Shown here piece after piece: positions 40,526 through 53,713 of a stretch of 64,000 nucleotides of DNA. The position numbers and the translations under genes were made by a program. Numbering within the stretch: position 1 is the stretch's first letter; every line of letters begins with the position of its first letter. Where the stretch lies: the NCBI GenBank assembly GCA_951406725.2, contig OX597835.1, forward strand, positions 8,246,001-8,310,000. The letters run 5' to 3'. The stretch is from Octopus vulgaris (Eukaryota). Below the pieces are notes generated by a model that was not told where the DNA came from, ran no database searches, and saw nothing but the letters and a program-made list of their open reading frames with translations.

Positions 40526-40587
<62 letters not shown>

Positions 40588-40973
40588 CATACATACATAT
40601 GTATGTCTAGTTGCATACATCCGTGTCCAAATATTATAGGAATATACTTTTAAGCATATGCATGTGTATATATATATATATATATATGTGATATGCTTGT
40701 ACATAAGTACGTATGCACTTACATCCGATTATATGGCACTGCCATACTTAAATTTTAACTGAGAAAGTTTAATATAAGAAGAACATAGGGAGAGTAAACA
40801 GCCATCATGCCAGGTCCCTATCTGGCGTGAATTGTACGAAAATACGACAATGCTCACAACGTATATTACCCATGTTTCCAATAAACTTCAAGCATAGGTA
40901 TACCCGTGATAATATATAGGTTCTTTCTTGTATGGAGCTACACAAAAACTCATGCACACGGATATATCTATGC

Positions 40974-41012
<39 letters not shown>

Positions 41013-41014
41013 CA

Positions 41015-41189
41015 GGCACAGGAGTGGCTTGTGGTAAGTTGCTTGCTAACCAACCACATGGTTCCGGGTTCAGTCCCACTGCGTGGCATCTTGGGCAAGT
41101 GTCTTCTGCTATAGCCCCGAGCCGACCAATGCCTTGTGAGTGGATTTGGTAGACGGAAACTGAAAGAAGCCTGTCGTATATATGTATAC

Positions 41190-41225
<36 letters not shown>

Positions 41226-41448
41226 ATGTGTTTGTTTGTCTGTGTTTGACCCCCTAGCATTGCTTGACAACCGATGCTGGTGTGTTTACTTCCCGTCACT
41301 TAGCGGTTCGGCAAAAGAGACCGATAGAATAAGTACTAGGCTTACAAAGAATAAGTCCTGGGGTCGATTTGCTCGACTAAAGGTGGTGCTCTAGCATGGC
41401 CACAGTCAAAATGACTGAAACAAGTAAAAGAGTAAAGAGTAAAGAGAG
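41015..41448 (+). mobile_element. SINE family A, full length
   Basis: Flanked by tatacag on both sides. Confidence 0.92.
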
Positions 41449-41696
41449 TATACAGTTCTGTATATACTTCTATCTATAGGTATATGCAAATTTCCATATA
41501 CGTATGTTCCGATATCTTAAGAAGAGAGAAACTGAGGCAAATATTGCGTTGTGAACGTGAATATTCAACCCCAAAAGAGAAGGTATTTAATTTTATTAAG
41601 GTACCATTCAGTGATAGCTTGACTTCACGCAGATAAATTTTATTCTTCGCTGATATTCTTCCAACGTTTTTCACTCTTCTGATTCTAGTTACTGTC

Positions 41697-41794
41697 GTTG
41701 CTGCTGCTGCTGCTGCTGTTGTTGTTGTTGTTCTTCTTCTTCTTCTTCTTCTTCTTCATCTTCTTCTTCTTCTTCTTCTTCTTCTTCTTCTTCG

Positions 41795-41825
<31 letters not shown>

Positions 41826-42462
41826 CTTCGTCTTCTCCTCCTCCTCCTTCTTCTTCTCCTCCTTCTTCTTCGTCTTCTCCTTCTTCTTCTTCTTCTTCTT
41901 CTTCGTCTTCTTCTTCTCCTTCTTCTTCTCCTCCTTCTTCTCCTTCTTCTTCTTCTCCTTCTTCTTCTTCTTCTTCTTCTTCCTTTCCTTCTTCTTCTGT
42001 TTGCTTTTCCCTTCTCTAAATTCTCTTGCCTTTTTTTGCTTCTTCTTCGTCTTCTTCTTCTTCTTCTTCTTCTTCTTCTTCTTCTTCTTCTTCTTTTCCT
42101 TCTTCTTCTGTTTGCTTTTCCCTTCTCTAAATTCTCATGCCTTTTTTTTGCTTCTTCTTCTTCTTCTTCTTCTTCTTCGTCTTCTTCTTCTTCTTCTTCT
42201 TCTTCTTCTCCTCCTTCTCCTTCTTCTTCTCCTCCTTCTTCTTCGTCTTCTCCTTCTTCTTCTTCTTCTTCTTCTTCTTCGTCTTCTTCGTCTCCTTCTT
42301 CTTCTTTTTCTTCTCCTTCTCCTTCTTCTTCTTCTTCTTCTTCTTCTTCTTCTTCTTCTTCTTCTTCTTCTTCTTCTTCTTCTTCTTCTTCTTCTTTTCC
42401 TTCTTCTTCTGTTTGCTTTTCCCTTCTCAAATTCTCTTACCTTTTTCTTTTTTGCTTCTTCA
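41697..42462. repeat. (CTG)(TTG)(CTT)n tract with three copies of ctgtttgcttttcccttctc(t)aaattctc
   Basis: Direct reading. Confidence 0.93.
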
Positions 42463-42654
42463 GGTGATATTTCAAACTATTTCAGCAGCTTACTTTTCGC
42501 TAATTATCTTCATTAATGGCTGACACAGATGTCACGTAAATAGTGGATGCGTTGTTTTGAGATGATATTGGTTTCGTTATTGATTGATGTCTGTTACATA
42601 ATACAATCGAAAAATAGGCGCTGCAGTAGTAACAGTGCATGTGACGGTACTGCG

Positions 42655-42670
42655 AGTAGTGGTAGTAGTG

Positions 42671-42738
<68 letters not shown>

Positions 42739-42740
42739 TA
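42655..42740. repeat. (AGT)n microsatellite
   Basis: Direct reading. Confidence 0.95.
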
Positions 42741-42881
42741 TAATGGTATTGATGTAGAAAATAGTGAGGGTTATGTAGAGTAAGAGATGTAAATAGCTGT
42801 TAAAGATTGTGTGTGTGTATATATAGTATATATACATACATATATACGTATATACATACACACATATATATATACATATAC

Positions 42882-42918
<37 letters not shown>

Positions 42919-42919
42919 A

Positions 42920-43036
42920 AGTTAATCCAAACAAGATAACAAAAAGACAACAACGCAAGGATGTGGAACAAAAAAAGGATTATTGGACGCTCAGGAAAGA
43001 AGGGAAGAAGGAAGGTTTGACGTTTCGAGCGGAGCT

Positions 43037-43039
<3 letters not shown>
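42920..43039 (-). mobile_element. Family H1 fragment truncated within the hammerhead
   Basis: Ends ...cgtttcgagcggagctctt then (TA)n. Confidence 0.8.
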
Positions 43040-43077
<38 letters not shown>

Positions 43078-43080
<3 letters not shown>

Positions 43081-43258
43081 TTCAGCAAAATTTAGATTCA
43101 AGTGAATATGGTACTTAAGTCAGACGCACCAGAATTTTGTATGGTATTATCCATATAAATGATTATAATCAAAATAAGCAACAAGTATATCTTCATTAGT
43201 AGCATGAAACGATCGTACCAAATTACCGAAGATATACTTGTTGCTCATTTTGATTATA
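43078..43258. mobile_element. Family H3 fragment with fold-back; loop holds the HHR 3' half
   Basis: Arms 43164-43194 / 43228-43258; GAAA-CGATCG-TA-CCAAATT at 43206-43224. Confidence 0.78.
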
Positions 43259-43554
43259 TATATATATATATGTATGTATAAACCTTATCGATCACACACA
43301 CCCATTGTACGTGCTTTGCTTGTTCGCCGGTACTCTACGAAATAGCGCTTTGGAGCGGACTCCCTCATAGTATTGGGTATTAAAACAATTTCAGGCGTTT
43401 TAACACCAAGCATGGTGAGGGAGTCATCCCCACTGCGCCATTCCGAACTGGCAAACGCCAGTGTGCACGGTTAATGATGCTTATTACACCAACGCTGCTT
43501 TTAGGACGTAATTCAATATATACATATGTATATATGTATATATGTATATATGTA

Positions 43555-43633
<79 letters not shown>

Positions 43634-43661
43634 CTGATTTTCCTGAAAATTGATTTATATT

Positions 43662-43708
<47 letters not shown>

Positions 43709-43768
43709 CACACACATTTATTTAAATACATATATCCCAATAAGCACATATACATTAATACATACAAA

Positions 43769-43806
<38 letters not shown>

Positions 43807-43876
43807 CATACATACATACATACATACATGAAGGATTTTGGTCCTTCTTTTTCATAAATATATATAAATATATATA

Positions 43877-44067
43877 GCCACTACACACATTTTGTTTTCC
43901 CTCCTTGTTTCTCTCCTTGTTTTTTCTGTGTCCCTTTCTGTAGAAGAGCGTAGGCTCGAAACGTAAAAGACTTTTTCTATTCCTAATACTATTCCTATTT
44001 CTAATACATCTGTTTGTTTTGTACACCACCTGTCTTCGTCTTTTGTGTTTTTTCGTAAACTTTCCCT
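43877..44067 (+). mobile_element. Mini-element family H2 with hammerhead at 43934-43969 (A6U core)
   Basis: CTTT|CTGTAGA|A|GAGC-gtag-GCTC|GAAA|CG|TA|AAAG; (TA)n flanks. Confidence 0.8.
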
Positions 44068-44082
44068 ATATATATATATATA

Positions 44083-44338
44083 GGCGCAGGAGTGGCTGTG
44101 TTGTAAGTAGCTTGCTAACCAACCACATGGTTCCGGGTTCAGTCGCACTGCGTGGCATCTTGGGCAAGTGTCTTCTGCTATAGCCCCGGGCCGACCAATG
44201 CCTTGTGAGTGGATTTGGTAGACGGATACTGAAAGAAGCCTGTCGTATATATGTATATATATATAAGTGTGTGTGTATATGTTTGTATATCTGTGTTTGT
44301 CCCCCTAGCATTGCTTGACAACCGATGCTGGTGTGTTT
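44083..44338 (+). mobile_element. SINE A, 3' part missing
   Basis: Similarity to other copies; ends in (TA)n. Confidence 0.9.
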
Positions 44339-45059
44339 ATATATATATATATACAAACATATATGCACATATACTCACACTAAAACATAAGCACACATAC
44401 ACACACATATATATATGCAAATACATACACAAATACATACACTGATGCATTTCCTCCTGTGGGTTAAAACGATAGTAACGTCGGTTGCTACGGAACAGCC
44501 ATTCCATCTCAGTATAGTTACCACTTTCATCTCGAATAGAGATTTTCTAAGAAGCTAATTTGTTTGATACATGTATCAATACAGAAATAAATACATGCAT
44601 GCATGAATACATACATGTATACACACACACAATCACGCGCATACATGTGCGTATAAGTGATTATACATATATGCGTATATACACACAAACACACACACAC
44701 ACACACACACAAATATATGTATATATATACAGAGAGAGAGGAAGATTTTGTAGTTGAAGAGATTATGAGATTTTAGCAGGGAGGGGCATATAAGTGAAGT
44801 GATGAGATTTGTTATAATGTAGGAGTCACTAGTTGTTGCTGTGTTAGTAGTTATTTGTAATAGTGGTGATGATGAAGAAGCCGTATTGGAGTCGTTATTG
44901 AAATAATTTGCAAGAGGAAACTCGTATATACGTGCATGGAATTTTAACTGTATTTAAGGGAATCAAAGTCAACTTCGTTCCAAAGTCAACTTCGTTCTAA
45001 CCGTTTCATGTAACACAACCTAAGTTATACCTAACCACCAGAGATGGTTAGACTATGTA

Positions 45060-45480
45060 TTTGGCGTCAAAGTTTGGCATAAGGCCAATAATTTCGGTAG
45101 AGGACGTGGTTTGTTTATATCGACCCCAGTACCCAAGTGGTTCTTAATTTATAAACCACAACAGGATGAAATCCAAGGTGAACTTTGAACTCGGAAAGAA
45201 AAGACGGACGAAATGCTGCTAAGCATTTTGTCCGGCATGCTAATGAACCTGCCAGGTCACCATCTAATTTAGAATATTTATTTGTTTCAAATTTTGATTC
45301 AAAGCGAGGAATTTTGAGGTTGGGAGTGCGTCCATTACATCGACCCCACTGCTTAACTGGCACCTAGGTTATCGACCCGGAAATGATGAAAGGCAAAGTC
45401 AAGCTCGGCGGAGTTCGAACTCAGAACCTAAAAATGGAGGAAATACCTCTAAGCATTTTGCCTGGTGTGCTAACGAGTCA
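45060..45480 (-). mobile_element. Two old SINE B-related copies in tandem
   Basis: atcgacccc...gatgaaa...aaagtc...gaactc...ctaagcattttg occurs twice. Confidence 0.7.
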
Positions 45481-45857
45481 GAAGTGAATGAATCTTCATA
45501 ATTACGAAACTACAAGCAAATCCCAGGACGCAATAGGGACAAACAATAAAACATAAAAAATATAAACGTAAGCATAACCATGCTAAGATTCAGGAGTCAG
45601 ATCGTTGTACAATACATTTACATGGATGCACCATGTATTTGCAATAAGGAGGCATTTCGTTTCAATGCACGAATTATATTTGCAAAGATAACGCTATTGA
45701 ACTTGACAACCCCATAACATTTTAAAGAATTCCATAAAAATGAGAAATACGTAACGTTTTTATTGGGAGTAAAAGTGAAACCTGAATTAAACACAGAGAC
45801 ACATCACACATAAGAAGTACTTCAGGAATAACATTCACATAGTTGGAAAGAGTTATA

Positions 45858-46440
45858 AAGACGCGCTTCAGTCATAAATGGCCATGGGATTGCATCTAGA
45901 AGATTACCCTCCGAGACATAAGTCCGGGTAAGGTTGCTTTTGTAGAAGACCAGCAGTCGTCTGTGCATACCTATTTCTTTACTACCCACAAGGGGCTAAA
46001 CACAGAGAGGACAAACAAGGACAGACAAACGGATTAAGTCGATTATATCGACCCCAGTGCGTAACTGGTACTTATTTAATCGACCCCGAAAGGATGAAAG
46101 GCAAAGTCGACCTCGGCGAAATTTGAACTCAGAACGTAGCGGCAGACGAAATACTGCTAAGCATTTCGCCCGGCGTGCTAACGTTTCTGCCAGCTCACCG
46201 CCCTCGTCTGTGCATACCAACCTCCCCGCTCCACGCCACCGATGTTATCCAAGGAAAGGCCGATACGGCTTGGCACCAGTGGTGTCGCAAACCAGTTCTA
46301 CAGATGAAGGAAAGGGAGCAAGATTAAATAAAGTGTCTGGTTCGAGAACACAACACAACACACACAGCCCGATCCGGTAATCGAACTCACTTCCTCGTGA
46401 TTGAGAGCACAACGCTCTAACAACTGAACCATGCGCTTTC
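45858..46440 (-). mobile_element. SINE family D interrupted by SINE B
   Basis: Colinear with 20261-20582 once the insert is removed. Confidence 0.85.
45967..46203 (-). mobile_element. SINE B nested in SINE D
   Basis: 15-bp TSD tcgtctgtgcatacc at 45957-45971 and 46204-46218. Confidence 0.93.
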
Positions 46441-46723
46441 GGTTATAAAATGATCATCTGATCATCTTATAAGTTTTCTTTTGATTTAACATTGAACCCG
46501 TGGACATTACAAAGATTTATATTGTAAATGAGTTTTTTGAAAAATTTCAGATCGTCAGGCTTGTTGGATTTAGAAACATCATTAGAGCAAGCAACAGAAA
46601 AGGATTAATAAGGAAATTTGAAAAGTGTTTAACGAGCATTATCCACTGTGAGCGTATTCATGCACACACAGACGCACACGCTGAGACATACGCACTCACA
46701 CACGCGTATATATATATATATAT

Positions 46724-46814
46724 AGTTAATCCAAACAAGAAAACACAAAAAAACATAGCAACGCGAGGACGTGGAACAAATAAAGTATTATTGGACGCTC
46801 TGGAAAGAAGGGAA

Positions 46815-46817
<3 letters not shown>
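46724..46817 (-). mobile_element. Family H1 fragment lacking the hammerhead
   Basis: gttaatccaaacaag...ttggacgctc; (TA)n flanks. Confidence 0.8.
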
Positions 46818-46864
<47 letters not shown>

Positions 46865-46866
<2 letters not shown>

Positions 46867-47255
46867 CTTGTTTCAGTCATTTGACTGCGGCCATGCTGGA
46901 GCATCACCTTTAGTCGAGCAAATCGACCCCGGGACTTATTCTTTGTAAGCCCAGTACTTCTATCGGTCTCTTTTGCCAAACCGCTAAGTGACGGTGACGT
47001 AAACACACCAGCATCGGTTGTCAAGCAATGCTAGAGGGACAAACACAGACACACAAACACACACACACACATACATACATATACATATATACGACAGGCT
47101 TCTTTCAGTTTCCGTCTACCAAATCCACTCACAAGGCATTGGTCGGCCCGGGGCTATAGCAGAAGACACTTGCCCAAGATACCACGCAGTTGAACTGAAC
47201 CCGGAACCATGTGGTTGGTTAGCAAGCTACTTACCACACAGCCACTCCTGCACCT
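46865..47255 (-). mobile_element. SINE family A
   Basis: Near full-length copy. Confidence 0.92.
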
Positions 47256-47274
47256 ATATATATATATATATATT

Positions 47275-47480
47275 CTTTTATTCTTTTGTTTCAGTCATTT
47301 GACTGCGGCCATGCTGGAGCACCGCCTTTAGTAGAACAAAGTGTCCCACGATTTATTATTTGTAAGCTGCTTAGTACTTGTTCTATCGATCTCTTTACCG
47401 AACTGCTAAGTTACGGGGACGTTCACACACCAACATCGGTTGCCAAGCGATGGCGGTGGAACAAATAAAGACAGAGAAAC
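47275..47480 (-). mobile_element. SINE A 3' portion, diverged
   Basis: Similarity to other copies. Confidence 0.82.
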
Positions 47481-47538
47481 ACACGCACGGACGCGCACAT
47501 GCACACATATACATATACATACACACACACACACACAC

Positions 47539-47577
<39 letters not shown>

Positions 47578-47581
<4 letters not shown>

Positions 47582-47807
47582 AGATAAGAAAATGGAGAAA
47601 CACATCTAAATCAAATATCAATTACCAGATAATACTCAATCACATAAGTTATTGAACCACCACATAAGAGACTGTAGGGTTAAATATAAAAAGCAGAACA
47701 AATCAGTGTACAGTCTCTTATGTGGTGGTTCAATAAAGTATGTGATTGAGTATTATCTGGTAATTGATATTTGATTTAGATGTGTTTCTCCATTTTCTTA
47801 TCTTGTA
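47578..47807. repeat. 99-bp inverted repeat with 32-nt loop in a (TA)n-flanked insert (47578-47978)
   Basis: Arms 47578-47676 / 47709-47807, about 2 mismatches. Confidence 0.92.
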
Positions 47808-47974
47808 TTAGTAATTTATGGTAAATCATTTTACCTTTGCCCAAATAATACAGTAAATGAATTGATTGCTGCGCAATCATTAACATTTATGTATTAACTT
47901 TGTTGGGTACTTCACTAGCAGTATATTGGATATACTTTATCCCACAGAGGGTTGCATTTACAACCCCTATCTCA

Positions 47975-48027
<53 letters not shown>

Positions 48028-48034
48028 TATATAC

Positions 48035-48079
<45 letters not shown>

Positions 48080-48139
48080 TGCGTGCATGCATATGTTTGT
48101 GCGTATAAACATATCTATTTATTTATATACCAACGTTTG

Positions 48140-48355
48140 TGCGTATGTCTGTGTGTGTGTGCTTGTTCCCCACCCCCGCTTGACAGTTGGTGGTCGCATG
48201 TTTATGCCCCGCAACTTATCGGTTCGACCAAATATACCGATAAAATAAGTATAAGTCTTTTAAAAATATCAGTACTAGGGTAGATTTGTTTGACTAAACC
48301 CTTCGAATCGAAACAGTGCCTCTGTAATAACTGAAACAAGTAAAAGTGTTAAAGA
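48140..48355 (+). mobile_element. Old SINE A 3' portion
   Basis: Diverged; ends actgaaacaagtaaaag. Confidence 0.75.
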
Positions 48356-49767
48356 GAATCAAAAGTTGGGAGTGTCCCTCTCCGAAGAGCCCCTACACAG
48401 AACACGCCTGCTAAGTTTTCGCTCCTCAGTTCTTCGTTCGACCCAGAACTATAATACAAAAAAAAAATTCAATTCCTTAATATGGTGCCTTGTAGTAGGA
48501 TCAATCACTAAAGTATAGAATTACGAACAGAGATTCTTTACCACGCACTCATTGAAAATGAAGATGAGGATTTCAAAATAAAACACAATCCATCCTTTAC
48601 CCCACAAGAATTAATACATCTTCGAATCCATTAACTGCAAAATCCTCAATTACATTTTCTATTGCTCTGCTTTCAAATGCTCATTAGTAGCGACATCTAA
48701 AGTGTTCTTGAACAAATTATCTTCATTTATCGCTGTTTTTCTCCTTTGTCTCCCACTCTGATTAGTCGTTTCTACTTTCCTTTATTTCCACCTTCCCAAC
48801 TAAACCTAGTTTAGCATGGAGGAGTCTAGAAAGCTATTAGATTTCCTCAGAAAACAAAACTGAATATTGATTTCTTTGAGAGAAGGATTTTTCTCCATCC
48901 CTCACATCCTCTAATTCTTCCATTCTACTTCTTTGTTGTTTTCCTTTCATTTTTCTTTTTATTTCCTCTTCACGCGTTGATTACGCGACCTATTATTAAA
49001 TTTGAAAGGTTTAAATATCTTGATGTTGCATACAGACCTTAAAGTCTCAAGAACAATGCTCCAACGGAATATTTAGTAATTCTATTTCATAAGAAAGACA
49101 TCTCATCTTCGTTGGCCTTTGGAGTAATCATTGCACAATAATAAACCGAATTTACTAAACCATCTGCGCCAATAGAAAATTCTCCTCGATTCAAAAGCTT
49201 TTATTCTGGTCTTCAAAGAAACACAACGTCGTCTATTTTTAAATTGACTTAAATTAGAAGCTTTTAGACGTTGGATCCAGGGACAGGAAATCCGTTTAGG
49301 TTTAAATAAATAGATCGGCCGAACAACCCTCTTAACAACGGAAAGGTCTCTTGAAATATCAAACCATTTATAGAAATATAAATTTACTTGAAGTAGATGG
49401 CGAACAATTTCAATTGTCGGGTTAATAATAACATTTAATCAGGAAAGATGTGGAGCAGACAGCAAAACCCAGGAATAAAATACATCTAAGTATTTTAGGT
49501 TGTTCTTGTACGTCCCTAGTTCAATTTCAGTTCAGAGAATAAACTTTACTTTCCTTACTTGTAAAATTGTTGTAGTATTACACTGTAGAAATGACGATCC
49601 ATCGAGTTCGAATCACACTAAAATTACATTCCACTGACAAAAGATTGATACATTGCGATTGAAGAAAAGAAGCGTTTCATCAAAGGGTTGCTCGAGTAAA
49701 GTTCATTTAGCGATGGCCCATCAAAATCGACAGCAGTGATAACAATCAACTCAGAACTGGGGTTTAA

Positions 49768-49988
49768 CCCTTTAGTGTTTAAACTGGCCAAATCCGGCCC
49801 AATATATTCTACATGTTTTATATTCAAACTGGCGATGTCTAGCCTCTCACACCTAACCTACAATGCCATTCTAAAAATAAGTAATCACATCATTGAAACC
49901 TCAAAGCTGTAAGATGATCCAGGATTAATTCAAAACAATTTGAGTGAAAAAGTATTACATTTAACAGAGTAATCTGAACACTAAAGGG
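49768..49988. mobile_element. piggyBac-like MITE
   Basis: TTAA|CCCTTTAGTGTT ... AACACTAAAGGG|TAAA; 12-bp TIRs, one TTAA degenerate. Confidence 0.75.
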
Positions 49989-50734
49989 TAAAAGTGCTTT
50001 GCAATGATGGAGGGCTTCGTGTATGTGGAGGACGGAGAGTTCATAATTTTGACACAACTGTAACTCATTGAGCTGCAGTAAAGAGTACGGAATGTAAGAA
50101 AGATCAGACATCTGTCAACAGCGAATAGTTTTCATGAATCTTTGCTTGATAAATAGTGTCCGAATGTTTAAAAAAAATGTGTGATAAGGCTAAAAGCATA
50201 CACTTCATATTACCGTTTAGCATTCAACAAGCTCAAGTTACAGCTTGTTTCCCTGGAACCACTTGTTAATGGACGTAATTAACACTTTTAACTCTCTGCC
50301 TTTTCTCTTATTACATATTTAAATGCAATTTATTAAAAGTTGATATCAGTTCCGTGTATTAATTTCAGTACATTGTCTATAGTTGTTTATGGGTCTAACT
50401 CTATCTTCTACAAACATAACTGTACCTTTCATTTATTGCTGTTTTTGTACTGCTTAAAGGCACGTCTTTTCCTGCCAAGCTTGCTGTTGAAACCATGTTT
50501 GTGTTCTCCCAGTCAACAGCCTTATCATTACTGGTACTTTAAACTCTTCGGCTGCATATTTGTGTGAATAAAATCGTTTTTCTTTGGAATAGAAAAAAAG
50601 TCTATTTTTATTTCTTCTTTTGCTGGTGTCAGAAATTTAGGTTAAATCAGTGTTTCTCAAAAGGTTTAAACAGTAAGTTTGGCAGGAAAGAAACGTACTT
50701 TTAAGCAGTACAAAAACAGCAAAAAACGGAAGGT

Positions 50735-50940
50735 GCAGTTATGTACAGGCTAACAGAAGAAAAGCGGGACAAAAACGGCTTTATCGACGGCATTCTCACC
50801 TGGAATCGATATTTGTAATACACGTCGGTATCTACATATCAAATTTGAGCGCAGTCGGATGGAGGATGCCCGAGATCCTAGAAGACACACACACAGAGAC
50901 AGACAGACAGAACGGATTTCATATACGAGAAATGTATTCA
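50735..50940 (-). mobile_element. Helitron-like non-autonomous element, 5' part
   Basis: Minus starts tctcgtatatgaaa...tctgtctgtctgtc, like the 5' end of the 63576 element; 3' end not located. Confidence 0.45.
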
Positions 50941-51357
50941 AGTTTGTATGTATGTGTGTGTATGCGTGTGTATTCGTGCGTGTGTGCGTGTGTGTGTAGA
51001 TATGCATATGCATATCTATGTATATAGGGGGCACGAGGACCATTTAGTGCAAGAATATCAACGAATCCGTTCTTGCTCTGAAATATTAATCGAACCCGAA
51101 GGCGGATTTACAGGATAATCTAAAACGAGAGCGTATCAAAACCATATAACAAATTTTTATTAACATACACGATTTTGGCAGATGAGAATTGCTTTATGAA
51201 ATTACCAAATCCTCCTCTCAAAAACCTCTCACGGCCTGCATATTAATTGTCTTTTAACACGCTATGTTCAAATATGACTGATGTGAGGCAGTTATTTCAA
51301 ACGCGGAGAATAGAAACACTTCGTTCGCCTGCAAATGTTGTTCTTTTTTTTTTTTTT

Positions 51358-51580
51358 TCTTTTACTTGTTTCAGTCATTTGACTGCGGCCATGCTGGAGC
51401 ACCGCCTTTAGTCGAGCAAATCGACCCCGGGACATATTCTTTATAAGCCCCAGTATTCTTATTCTATCGGTCTCTTTTGCCGAACCGCTAAGTGACGGGG
51501 ACGTAAACACACCAGCATCGGTTGTCAAGCAATGCTAGAGGGACAAACACAGACACACAAACACACACACACATACATAC

Positions 51581-51615
<35 letters not shown>

Positions 51616-51997
51616 TATACATATATACCACAGGCTTCTTTCAGTTTCCGTCTAGCAAATCCACTCACAAGGCATTGGTCGGCCCGGGGCTATAGCAGAA
51701 GGTCTCTTTTGCCGAACCGCTAAGTGTCGGTGACGTAAACACACCAGCATCGGTTGTCAAGCAATGCTAGGGGGACAAACACAAACACACAAACACATAC
51801 ACACACACACACACATATATATATACATATATACGACAGGCTTCTTTCAGTTTCCGTCTACCAAATCCACTCACAAGGCATTGGTCGGCCCGGGGCTATA
51901 GCAGAAGACACTTGCCCAAGATGCCACGCAGTGGGACTGAACCCGGAACCATGTGGTTGGTTAGCAAGATACTTACCACACAGCCACTCCTGCGCCT
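51358..51997 (-). mobile_element. SINE A with an internal tandem duplication of about 230 bp
   Basis: ggtctcttttgccgaacc...ctatagcagaag at about 51469-51701 and 51701-51908. Confidence 0.9.
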
Positions 51998-52424
51998 ATG
52001 TCGGTGATTAATTGTTAAACATTTTATTCAGTCGCCATACTTTTACTGTTATTGTTGTTGTTGTTGTTGTTCACTAGTAACAATGATAACTAGAATATTG
52101 ATAGAAAAGCATTACCACCAGTGGTTTTCTTGCTCATTTAACACCCACCATCGCTCTTTCTTCCCCGTCACTCCAGCCATAGCCTTCACTAACTACCTTC
52201 AATCTGTTAATTATCACTTCACTAATGAACACCGCAGTTTAGTAATGGCATTTTCTCTTAGTTAAACCATGTTTTTCTACTTTCATTCACCTGTCATTTT
52301 GCTCTTCCATCCAAATTATTCTTTCTCTGGCGTACAAGCGTTACCAAGGCAACCTGGCTCCCTGTCACTCTTTATCTCTACCAACCGTCACAACTTCATA
52401 ACAACAATATATATCTATTCCAAT

Positions 52425-52625
52425 TGCTTCTTCTTCTGCTGCTGCTGCTGCTGCTGCTTCTTCTTCTTCTTCTTCTTCTTCTTCTTCTTCTTCTTCTTCT
52501 TCTTCTTCTTCTTTTTCTTCTTCTTTCTTCTTCTTTTCTTCTTTTTTCTTCTTCTTCTTCTTCTTCTTCTTCTTCTCTTCTTCTTCTTTTTCTTCTTCTT
52601 CTTCTTCTTCTTCTTCTTCAATTCT

Positions 52626-52657
<32 letters not shown>

Positions 52658-53085
52658 TTCTTCTTCTTCTTCTTCTTCTTCTTCTTTTCTTCTTCTCTTT
52701 TTCTTCTCCTTCTTCTTCTTCTTCTTCTTCTTCTTCTTCTTTCTTCTTCTTCTTCTCTTCTTCTTCTTCTTCTTCTTCTTCTCTTCTTCTTCTCTTCTTC
52801 TTCTTCTTCTTCTTCTTCTTCTTCTTCTTCTTCTTCTACTACTTCTTATTATTATTATTCCTCTTCTCCTCTTCTTCTTCTTCTTCTTCTTCTCCTCCTT
52901 ATTTTTCTTCTTCTTCTTCTTCTCCTCCTCCTCCTTCTTCTTCTTCTTCTCCTCCTCCTCCTTCTTCTTCTTCTTCTTCTCTCCTCCTCCTCCTCCTCCT
53001 CCTCCTCCTCCTCCTTCTTCTTCTTCTTCTTCCTGTCTACATTCTCCCCCACCTCCCACCACCACCACCACCACCACCACCACTT
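52425..53085. repeat. (CTT)n/(CCT)n/(CCA)n compound microsatellite
   Basis: Direct reading. Confidence 0.95.
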
Positions 53086-53164
53086 GTGACTAAGGACGAC
53101 TTCAACCGAATTAGACTCCAAAAGTTACGTTGGCATTGAATCCTGATCATAAGATAATTCGCTG

Positions 53165-53490
53165 TAAAGACTGACCAAACTATTGAGGCAAAAGACCAGA
53201 CATGATTATAGAGGCCAAATAAAGAAAAATTCCAAGATCATAGGTTTTGGTCCAGCAGAGAGATAGGTTGCTGAACCAGAAATGTGGTTGGAAATACCAG
53301 TTCAGACACAAAGTTTGGGAAGACCAGGCAATAATCATTCCAGGAGTAATAGGTGTGTGTGTGGTAAAACACCAAAAATTTAAACGACTGAAAGAAACTG
53401 GAATTGAGCGTTGCATTCTGGGACTGCAGAAAAATAGCATCCTATGTTCTGCAAGAATCCGGAGAAAAATTTCTTGAGATCTGAGATCAA
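53165..53490 (+). mobile_element. Decayed R4/Dong-like LINE RLE region
   Basis: TDQTIEA/KRPDMII motif, then ...VWEDQAIIIPGVIG...GI...LQKNSILCSARIRRK. Confidence 0.65.
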
Positions 53491-53713
53491 AGACAAGAGA
53501 GTGCAAGAGAAGGAGGTATGTGTGTTTATGTGTAGGTGTGTGCATGCGCACAGCTCTGTGTGTGTATGTGTGTGTGTGTGGTTGTGGCTGTTAATCTATG
53601 TCTGTGGTTGGGCTTAGTATTGTTTAAAGTCAAAGGAGGAATATATAGTAGGAGTGGTTCCTGTTGCGTCTTTACCTACACATGTGCGTAGGGGAAGGTA
53701 CTGGTAGTCTGAA

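Noticed and set aside
41698-42523. Poly-F/L/S/E/R ORFs (also 52269-53093, 6219-6771, 27156-27875)
   Set aside because: Translations of microsatellites
48415-48435. Minus-strand CTGAGGA-GC-GAAA
   Set aside because: No room for stem II and stem I does not pair; likely chance
48980-49200. Possible BEL/Pao integrase-end motif (LRWPL)
   Set aside because: Too short and frameshifted to support
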